The notes beneath the pieces are model-generated. The model saw only the letters and a list, made by a program, of their open reading frames with translations. It had not been told where the DNA came from and searched no databases. From the NCBI RefSeq assembly GCF_002105155.1, contig NW_019028999.1, positions 558,001-622,000 on the forward strand: a stretch of DNA of 64,000 nucleotides. Reading direction: 5' to 3'. Shown here piece by piece: positions 53,811-64,000 of the stretch. How positions within the stretch are numbered: the stretch's first letter is position 1; every line of letters starts with the position of its first letter. The translations under genes were made by a program, and so were the position numbers. The stretch is from Lobosporangium transversale (taxonomy: Eukaryota).

Positions 53811-56355
53811 CTATTTTCCAATACAGAACTCTCGGAAGACAACATCAAGTACTTCTTCGACGTCGACACGGCCTGTAATCTTACCCAAATCCGAAGCTGC
53901 GTGGCGGAGCTCTTCTGCTCCAAGAACAACATCGTCCACTCCTAAGTCTAATTTATTTTTGGACGTGAAATAATAAGAGTAATAAGTTTAATGCCTCACT
54001 ATAGCATTTACATTTCCAATTGGGTCGCAAATAACTATATGAGATATGCCCTCGTACTCAAAAATGCCTCTAGGGATTGCAAGCAGTTTTCAAGGTGTTT
54101 TCTATGCCGATATTGTGTGATCGATGTGCTGCTCGACAAGCTCGTTTCGAATCTATAAACCGTGAGGGAGGCATTAGCTCTAGGGAGACAACGTGCGGTA
54201 ATATCCTGGATTTTGCTTTTTTTTTTTTCTTTTCTTTTTTCTTTCCCTTTTGTGTACCTATTCTTGAGAATCTTTATAAAATCTTGTAGAAACGCAGCAA
54301 TGCCGTCTCCCGTCTGACAAGAGATGGCCCAAAGTCTATGTTCACCACTGCTTTTAGCACTGCTGTTTTTACTGTCGTCATCGCTGCCTTTGCTGCTTAA
54401 AGCCTCTTCTATGCCTTTGCCTCGATCCTCCTGATTATAATACTTATCCCTTTCCCTGTTGACATGATCCGCTTCTGGCCACAGCTGTGATTGGATCTGG
54501 CCCATGATCTCCGCCGTATCGGCCCCTGACAGGTCTATTTTATTAATCAGCACCATTGTCTTCGGATTCTTCCGAATGGCATCCACCACGATTGGATCTA
54601 TGCTGTTGGTATCATTGCAACTCATTGTTACCGTCTTTTCTACGGCGCTGTTGACATTTAAAAACCCTGTAACAGGTAAAATAGCAATATTGATGTCGGC
54701 AGATTTGATCCGATCTTGAGCCCTTCGAACGCCCTCCATTTCGATCTCATCCTGCGATAATCTAAGCCCTGCAGTATCCCCGATCAAGATTGGATAGCCT
54801 CCAATGTCGAGAGAAACCTCGACTACATCTCTAGTTGTCCCTGGTATGGATGATACAATAGCTGCTTGACGCTTTGCTATCCAACCGCGTTTAAAACAAA
54901 CACAGGGAGTTTCATAATTAAGCAATCGGTCACCTTCGTAAGAGAAGCAGAAAAAGAAAGGCCACGTCGTGAACTTACTGATGAAGTTAAGGAAACTGCT
55001 CTTCCCTGCATTTGGAGGGCCCATAATAGTGACATGAATCCCATCGCGCAAGATTTCTCCACGCCGATCATCATCCATGTGCTCTTTGATCACTTTGAAT
55101 AGTGATTTGACCTTATCGACCACTAGTGTGCCAAATGTCAAAATGGTCAAATAACATATATGCTTTCTCTATGACCGAGCATATATAAAGATGCTGTGTT
55201 TCTTTTTACCGTTATCATACACATCGTCCTCAATATTTTCGTCTTCTCCAAAATCAATTAGGGCCTCGATCAGGCCCATAGATTTGATTAATTCCGTCCG
55301 CCATGAATCATACAGCTTTTTTAGTCCTCCCTATGAATGAGTGATATAAGCACATTAATTACAACGGCTCAAGTTTGGTATTCAACTTCTCATTCGAGAC
55401 ATAAAAAAAAAATCATAAATAAGGATATTAAACGAAATACCATCCAAAAGCGACAAAGTTTAACATACATCTGCTTGCCGAAGCGCCAGTCGCCGTTGTG
55501 CTTCTGTTTCAGCATTAAGCAGATCGGCTAAGCCTTCAACCTCTGTCAGATCCAGCTTGTCATTTTCAAAAGCCCTATATGTGTACACCATTGAATGAAT
55601 GAATGGTCAATATAAGGAACAGTGAGTGACCCTAATTCACATTGATTTTACATGAGCGTCATGTTAATGCACCTTCTAGCAAATTCCCCTGGTTCTGCCA
55701 GCCGAATTTGGGATCCAACATTGCCAATACCCTTTAAAATGCCATCTACAACTGCCCTGCCACCATGGCAATGAAACTCGACACTATCTTCCCCTGTGAA
55801 ACTATTGGGGCCAGGGAACCAAATAACCATTCCTTTATCCAAAATCTCAGTTGTTTGGGGGCAGATCAAACGCCTTGTCACTGCATGTCTCGGTTTAGGA
55901 AGAGATGATTTGGCCGGTGTCATGCTTCTGAGTACCTAATTTTACCTCCAAAGGTTAGGTCCTGTTTTTTTTTTATTTTTTTTATTATTGTCATCCCTAT
56001 GTCCCATCCATACTCTTATCATGTATTCTTATCGCCGTCTTTTACATACTGATATTGCTTGTGATCCTGAAATACGAATGACAGCAATACCAGCCTTCCC
56101 AGGATGAGTTGAGAGCGCAAAGATAGTATCAAGGTGTGTATTTGAATATCGCAACTCCATAGGTCGTTGCTGTGCTTGTACATGTAATCCCGTATGATAT
56201 TGTTTGACTCGCCACGTGGACAAACACTTAATCTGCTGTTGCTGCCAGTGTTGTTGCCAAATACAGCTGCTTGAACGCACAACCATGCCTTGTAATCTGG
56301 TGTTTACTGCCTTGACGTGAAGCAGTGTCTGCATGAATCTCATTGTGGATGTCAT
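53811..56355 (-). CDS. MSS1: Mitochondrial tRNA modification GTPase (MnmE/TrmE; Mss1/GTPBP3), 8 exons
   Basis: [80 protein letters not shown] and terminal FCIGK*. Presequence-like N-terminus; start could be a nearby downstream Met. Confidence 0.95.
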
Positions 56356-58291
56356 GGTCTAATGTACTCTTAGGGAATTAACAGAATGTAGGACACAACA
56401 GACAAGCTTTCGGACAAAGTTTCCAGTTTTTACGCGACTTTATGCAAGCCACGAGGAACTGAACTACTGCTAAGCTTCATAATCAAAGAATTGAGCAGAA
56501 TAGAGGCCAGTATAATATTTAAAAAAACCCATTGGTCTCTTTTATCCTTTAACATGAATGAACATTATTAACCATAATACCCTTGCAAATACAATATAAT
56601 CTCCACCTGCACTATACGAGTACCCAATGCTATGCTTTTGGTAATTAATGAAGGCGACTAATAGATCCATGCTGCGCCCAGAAGCTGACTCTATCACAGA
56701 ACCACATCATAATATGGCAGCTATCTTGTTCCAATCAGTACAACCAAATCTGATCCTATCATCCATTACATAAATGTTCCTTCGACAACTGAGTATTGTG
56801 CGTACATATTATATAGGCCTTTTCAAGTTAAAAAATCAGATCGATAAGGATATGCATCATGGTATGATTTACGAAATTAGTATTTCTTGTATCATGGTTC
56901 GGTACGGCATCGGATGCCAGCCGTTTCGAGCAATGGCCTCCACAGAGGATACAATCCAAGGTTCCACGAACCTTCTAGACAACCCTCACTCCAATCAATT
57001 GGGATAGGTCGGACTACATAGGGGGAATCTACGATTCATGTTATACTCAAGGAAAGAAAATGATGGCAGCTATTCCTATGCTTCAAAGAACTTCACCCGA
57101 TGGATGTGCTCGGAATAATATTGCCTTTTGAAAAATCCCCTCAGGATGTTATAGTTATTTACGAAGAGTATCAGCGGGTGCATTTAATGGCGCGTTCTTA
57201 TCCTAATTATGAAAAAGCTACATAGGATGCAGCTGCAGAGGCTTCTGTAGATCATTATACTAGAATTGCCCAGACTGGTTTAGAGAATCTTTGGAGAGAT
57301 TTTCAGAGGTCTGAAGAGTAATATTGAGGAAAAAATGTTGGACAGATATTAAGATCATCAAGCATGTCCTTGGTCGCATTTAAGGATTGCACTGAGATAA
57401 CAAACCCGGATATTGCGCTTGCACTAGTCTTCGCTGTCATTTGCTGTTGAAGACATCTAGCTTTGAGCTGAGACACTAGTGCTACTCCTAGTTGGTATTT
57501 TTTCCCTTCTTCTGCACTGACCGCAGTGAAAAGAAAAATGGAGTCCAAATGATGGAATGTAAAAATCAGCCACCAAATCAATTCAGTCATCGTTTTAGTT
57601 TAAAAAGTATACATTGGGCCGTGACCAAATGAATCAGACCATCCATAAAAATTCGGATGATGTATTGGGCTTCTATTTTTGATTTGCTGGATCTGGATGG
57701 CATGTTGTTGGAACAAACTATTTGTGTAGAGCGCATGATGAATAAAACCTGTTTCCATATATTGAGTGCTAGTAAGCAGTGAGGATCGCTGTCAATGCTT
57801 GCTTAGCTTTTTTACTTTTTTACGCGTTCAAGTTAAAGTCAAAGGATGGCATATCAACGACAGCAATGTGCGTACTTAATGCATGTTTTTGGGCACACCG
57901 GATCAAAATGAAAATTAACGCCAGTGCATGGCTGAAATGACAAGATGGTCTTTTTCTTTTGCCTTTGATTGGCTGGTATGGACATCACCTTTTTTTTTAA
58001 ACTCTTTTGTCTGTGTTGTATAGAAGGGTCAACAATCCTTCTCTTTTCTACTAATTCAACATTCATTAATCATTTTTCATCACTCATTCTCATCTATAGA
58101 CATACACACACATACATACGCATTCCCCTTGTTCTTCAGTTCTGTAAGTGTTTTTTTTTTTTTTTTTTTTTTTTTTTCCTGTCTCGTTCCTGTTGTCCAC
58201 CACCCCCTTCCTTCCATTACTGACCGTTGTATCACTGGATATTCTCCCTATCCTGCTCCAGGATTAGCCCTGGGATATCTTCATTCACACC

Positions 58292-58495
58292 ATGTTTCTT
58301 CAGGCGGGAAATCCGCTTTTCGGCTCTGCACCGTCGCAGCCCGCGGGTGACATCCAGGACCTATTTATGTACGAGTCGTATTTTGACGAGTACACAACCA
58401 CGGGATCGTCGCTCAACAATAACCCTTCAACACTGCAGCAACAGCTGCAACAACAGCAGCAACAGCTCCTACACCAGCTAAATCTCCAGCAGCAA

Positions 58496-58530
<35 letters not shown>

Positions 58531-61500
58531 GCCCCCGCAGCCATTTCCCCTGGAGCTACAGCTTCAATCATTCCTTACTTCCACCGCAGTTCAGCAGCAT
58601 CAACAACAGCAACAACAACAACAACTGCAGGCCCAACATGAACAGCAGCAGCTGTTGCTCAACACACAAGCACAACTTGCTGCCTTCCGCTGGGCACTTG
58701 CTCAAACAGCTTTTAATAACAATAGCAACAACCTCAATCCTACCCCTTCCAACCTTGTTACAGCAGCAGCAACAGCGGCTACAACGGTCACATCACCACC
58801 GGATTCTATAGCCTTCTTTGGTTCACCGAACATGATATCCTCTTCACTCTCTCCCCAATCAGACACATTGATGCTTCCTACCTCGCCAAGTGCCTTCTCT
58901 AGTGAGAATGATCCCATGTTGTCTCCTACCCTCTTGTCCTCTCAAACTACGGCAGTAGCAACAGCAGCGACTACTACTACAACTACCCCCATGCAAAATT
59001 CCACTACCAAGACTGAAAAGACAAAGACAGCCAAGCGTCAGTCCATGGATGATGGTGTAGATGCTGATGCCAAGACCACAGCATCAGGAAACGCGAAACG
59101 ATCAAAAAAGACATCTTCCACTACCAAAGGAACAGCGCCCTCAGTACCCAAGAAACCTAGGACCAAAAAGACATCAAAAGTTGGATCAGATCAGAGTGAT
59201 ATGGAAATGTCGGTCAGTTCCTCGGCTTCAGTGGCCTCTACAACGCCTTCACCACAGACATTAGCCCTGCAGCTCCCAACTTCAGCGACAGCAGGAGCGT
59301 CTGGCGCAACAAGTTTATCAACATCCACTGGAGGTCTCTTCCAGGCTTTACCACTAATGCCCATTACACCAACTTCGATCGCTACGACTTCATCACCAGG
59401 CGTCATTCCCTTCTGGAAAATGGCACCTGGTATGGTCTTGCCGCCCACCATGCCCTTATCTGCGACCGGATTTGACCCTAATTCCTTTGCAGGCGCAATA
59501 ATGCCTGGGATTGATGCCTCTACAGCACCAGTGACATCGACGACCACAACGCAACAGATTTCAGCAACTTCACAGCCGGGGCAACCACAGCCGGTGCAGC
59601 AAAAAGTACCAATTACGCGCCTCAAGCCTCCACAAGCGCTCGTTACTCCAGTTCCAACACCTACTACAGCACAAGGAAATCAGCCAACCAAACAGCAAAA
59701 GAAGGTCGCCCATAACGCTATCGAGCGTCGATACCGCAACAACATTAATGATCGTATCAATGACCTTAAGAATGTCGTGCCAGCCCTTTGCAATGTCAAA
59801 ACCAAGGACGAGAAGGATGATGATGACGATGAGGAGCCGGAGGATGCAGACGGAGTAACAAGGGCAACCAAACTCAACAAGGCCACCATCTTGAGAAAGG
59901 CGACAGAGTACATCGTTGTTCTGCAAAAGCGAGAAGCTGCAACCAAAGCAGAGAATGCAGTCTTGCGAAAATTGTTGACGTCTCTTCCAGGCGGTATGGA
60001 TCTTTTGGAGCAACATCAAGCAAACGAAGCCAGTGCAAAAGACGAAAATCCGATAGCAACTGAATTCTCGTCTGAAGAATCAATCTCTGAACCAACCACA
60101 CCGCCACCAACCTCGACCACATCCCCAGGAGCAACTCGTGTGTTGATGGCCTTCTTTATGTGTGCAACTCTCTTCACTTCTCCAGAAGGTAACGCAGGAG
60201 TTAACAGAGTCATGATGGATGATGGACAAGGTGCAGGCCGTGTAATGAGCTCGTCATCTCAAGTTTTTGGACAATCGACATCGGCACAAACCTCAGTTAG
60301 CAGCAATATCTGGAGTCCCTTCAATGTCGTTACATGGGATGCGTGGGCATTTCTTCGTACATTTGTCTTTATGGGGTGTCTCTTGGCCTTGGTTTGGCCA
60401 TCATATTCTCGCCGTGGGCCATTCGCTCAGTCCAAATTCCCAGTGATGCCAAAATCATCTTCCCCTGCACATGTATACACAACACTATCGGGACTTGTTC
60501 CCAAGACGATTCATTCATCGTATGTTCGACTCTTCTTTGCCTTGTCTCAGGAGTTATGGCGCTGTCTCTGGATCCGTCTTGGTTTTTACCCTGATCTCAC
60601 GGATATGGTTCGACCTGATATTTGGGCTCGTGTGGTAGAGGTTCAAATGTCTGGAGGCGCTGGGGTGTCTGTAAGCCGATTCATGCTATTATACACGATT
60701 GTCAGGACATTGGACGAGTACACAAATGCTCGCCGACAGCCACCAGCTCGTGTCTCTGCTACAGCTGCATTAGCATTCTACATTTCATTACACAAGGCTG
60801 CCAAACCGCTTGCAACTTTGGTCGCTCAACAGTTCATGGAATCTGCACGGTGGACAGCCAAGATATCAGGTATTGGCCAGGATCGGTGGCTCGAGAGCAT
60901 GTTGCAGGTTGAGGTCGGAAGCACAGCATGGAATAGGAGCATCATTGAGATCGAAAGCACCATGTATGGACACGGAGAGTATCCACAGACTGAGGCTATT
61001 TTATTTCAGACCATGGCACCCACTCTGGTTGTAGCTCAGACACAAAGTGTTAATATTCTTCAGGATGCGTATGTCGCATGTATGTCTCGACTTAACGCTT
61101 CGATTGATGGTCAAGCAGATGGTGCTATGCAGCAACATCAAGAGATAAGTTTAGGAAGGCGCGTTGCCAAATTTGAAGATGCTGTCCGTGCAACCTTGCC
61201 AGGCACGCATCACCATTGGTATGCACTTGTTGGTAAGATTTCTGAGCTCTGGCTTGCAAAAGATGAGCAGTCGGCTCAGCTAGGCGATCGATTGCTGAGT
61301 CAGGTTATGGCAATGCATCCTCGTCATCACTCGTTTACACAAACCAACAGTAAGCACCATCACCACCATCATGAATCAGAATTAGCATTGGAATCAGAGC
61401 TTGTCGAATCGAGTTTCCAGTATTACGATCAAATGATCGTGTATTCGTTACTAGAGTATGCTTACTTGAGGCGTGGAATGGCGGGTCCTAGTGTTCGCTG

Positions 61501-62164
61501 TGGAGAGAAAGCTTTGGCGCTTATGAATGAGCGCCGCCGTGCTACGGGATCCAAAGCCTCTCTTGCAACTGCTCATCATCCAATAGTCTTCCCTTCTGGG
61601 ACAGATGGGTATGGCGACGATAAAGCACTGTTGGGTGTTGCTTGCTTTGCAATGAATCTCACTGGATTTGTGCAGATCAAGGCTCGTATTGGTCTGTGGC
61701 GCGGTGTGGAAGCTTTGAGCACATTGATCAAGAGGTCACGCCAGAGTGTACCACGAAATGGAGAGGAGGATGACATGTCGCAGACTGAAATTCTCGATCA
61801 CATCCGCACTACACTTCTGCCGCTGACGGTCCATCTGCGTCGTCAACTAGATGATGAATCGACGACTATGTTGTCCATGATGCAGTTTGCTTCGAGCTCA
61901 ACACGAAATAAGGTTGTCCGTCGTCCAACAATTGATTTCGATCCCGCACTGCGGTTCCTGATCGATATTGGATGTGTAGCCTATGGTGCTTGGGAGGATG
62001 GGTCTGATGGCTCAGATTCCGGATGTGGCAGTGGTGGCGAAGAGGAAGAGAAGTATCGCGAGGATATGATGTCTCCAACGACTTCATCCTTCAAGCAAAA
62101 AGCAGGTCTTTTCACAAAGAAGACTGATGCTGAGAAGGCGTGGGAGCTGTGCCAAGGATTGTAG
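58292..62164 (+). CDS. Sterol regulatory element-binding protein (SREBP/Sre1/SrbA-like bHLH-ZIP), 1290 aa, intronless
   Basis: bHLH KKVAHNAIERRYRNNINDRI...KLNKATILRKATEYI carries the SREBP-diagnostic Tyr. Two hydrophobic segments follow (RVLMAFFMCATLFTSP; WAFLRTFVFMGCLLALVWP), then a long C-terminal domain. Confidence 0.9.
58435..58660 (+). repeat. Coding CAG/CAA poly-glutamine tracts in the SREBP N-terminus
   Basis: Mixed CAA/CAG arrays translating to several Q runs. Confidence 0.9.
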
Positions 62165-62338
62165 CCAAAATAGCAAGTACATTCATACACCTCATATATA
62201 TATATCTATTATTTATTTCCTCCATTAAATGATTTTATTAACAAAACCCGGAATGTATTTATACATCGTGTTAAGAGTGGAGAAAACGTTGATCAGAATT
62301 GATTAAGCATAGGCTTGAGTCAAATGATGTAAAATCAT

Positions 62339-64000
62339 TCATTTAGACGTAGATATGGTATTGTCATCATTCTCTTCCTGTGCTGCAATAGCGCTAGCGC
62401 CAGTACCCCCATCGCCGCTGCTACCAGTGATACCATTGCTGCTGCTATTGTGAGCCCCATTTGGGAAATGCGTTTCCACGCCATTGAAGCCTACAGGCGA
62501 TCCAAAGACCATCAATGGCGCTTCGTCATGGATGAGTGCATCTTCTTCTCCTTCATTAGCTACTACTAATTTGTGTCCCAGCATGCGACTTTCTCGGATC
62601 TTGCGGTTGACACTCTTGTACTTTGGATTACCGACCTGGGTCTTATAGTACCGCAGAGCAGCCTCTAGAGGCAGGTGGTCAGTGAGATTGCGGCGTGGCA
62701 TCACTGAAAGGCAATGCTTTGAATCCATTTGCAAATCTAGGATATTGGAGTTTCCAGCACCCGGCGAAAATCCAATCCTGAGTGAATACTCTCGAGGCTG
62801 AGGTGACTGTAGAGCAGCTCCACTGTTGAGTGGAGGGGACGTTGCAGCTAAGAGCGGTGAATCCAACGGCGTGTTTGAGCCGCTGCGCTCGTATAGTTCG
62901 AATGTGATCTGTGTCAAGTCTTTGGTAATAATAAAAAAAAAAAAAATTAGATGGATAATATATACATGGGCTTTTGCTTTTTTTTTTTTTTTTTTAATGA
63001 CTATGAACTTACAGTCAAGCTCAGGAAGTTCATTTTTACTGAGACGTGTGGGGATGCCTGACAGATATACGATATTGAGCAGTGTATGGACATGTGATTC
63101 TATGGGATTGGCGTTAGCAATCAACTTTTCTACAAAGCTTCCTAACTTTTCCTTTCTTTCTTTCTTTACCTTTAGTAAAGTAGAGCCGTGTGCATGGAGT
63201 GGTTGATCGTTTCGCTGCCTCCAAGTCTTCAACAATCTGTTTGATCAGTGGCAGGCTGGTCAATAACCCGATTTCCAATCGATCAGCCTCACTGATTCCG
63301 TACTCCAAAGGAGATACAAAATCAAACAAGATTTTTGCTTTAGTATACAGATCTTTGATAGGACCTAAACCCTCAGTATCGCCAATATTGTCACCATCAA
63401 ATGAATCCGTATCCTTGAAAATGCTCTCCAAAAAGACTCTGTTATGAAGAGCATCATATTTTAAAGAGTCATACAGCTCCGAGACCTTGGACGGATCAAA
63501 ATCAGCTCTTTCTCCATCTACAAATTCCTCAAAGATCTTCTCCCAGCGCTCCAAGAAGAGGGAGGGGCTTTCGTAACAACACCAAGTCTTTTGTATAGAG
63601 GCCACATCCATAGTTTCAAAATTTTTGCGCATAATCTTGCGTAGTTTCCGCATCGCAACAATCATGTCCTGAACAAGTCGTCCTGGGTCGATCTGCTGAT
63701 CTTTTGGCCAGTATTTCTGAATATCTTCCGCATTTTCCGGTAGAAGGAGATCATGAAGTTGCTTTTTAACAAGATCAGTCTTTTCTTTTGCTGCATTGCT
63801 ATCATCGAGCATCTCTTTGCGAATCAAAAGCATGTCCTTTGGAACCTCACGAATGTCGAGGAATCGTTGTGTGAACAGTTCGGCAGTTGCACGAACACGA
63901 CGCTCCGAAGACGTAAAGATCTTGACATCATCCAGAACATGCTTATTCATAATGAGAAGGTCCTTGCGGAGGTTATCACCAAGGTCTCTAGACTGGTATT
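62339..64000 (-). CDS. VIP1: Inositol hexakisphosphate / PP-IP5 kinase Vip1/Asp1/PPIP5K, C-terminal phosphatase-like domain (5' part outside window)
   Basis: IFTSSERRVRATA, KEMLDDSNAAKE, FLERWEKIF, DPSKVSELYDSLKYDALHN, PLEYGI, TRLYFTK|ESHVHTLLN, ELD|YLTQITFELYE, YSLRIGFSPGA. Two in-frame GT-AG introns. Confidence 0.95.

Overview
Gene-dense eukaryotic window from an intron-containing fungus. Gene content, short GT-AG introns with CTAAC-type branch points and poly-Q/N proteins suggest an early-diverging fungus (Mucoromycota, perhaps Mortierellaceae); this is inference. I can build 16 protein-coding gene models by hand: IDH1 (truncated by the left edge), URB1/NPA1, SYF1, GPI3/PIG-A, a Rap1/Rsr1 GTPase, a Clg1-like cyclin, a CBM21 PP1 glycogen-targeting subunit, HP1/Swi6, an orphan with a C-terminal CxxC-x6-HxxH motif, a SIRT2/Hst2-class sirtuin, NoxR, Sec7/BIG ARF-GEF, a PA-TM-RING E3 ligase, MSS1/GTPBP3, an SREBP and VIP1/PPIP5K (truncated by the right edge). 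I found no convincing tRNA, rRNA, CRISPR array or intact transposon. The most unusual signals are: (i) roughly 30 long poly(dA:dT) tracts confined to non-coding DNA, several paired as A-run/T-run inside single introns; (ii) two apparent GC-AG introns, one closed by a potential ~27-bp A:U stem; (iii) a co-oriented HP1 / orphan Zn-motif / tailed-sirtuin trio; (iv) a 7-kb gene-free stretch with signs of a spliced non-coding transcript and a decayed coding fragment. The sequence alone does not demonstrate a new multi-gene system; these are leads.
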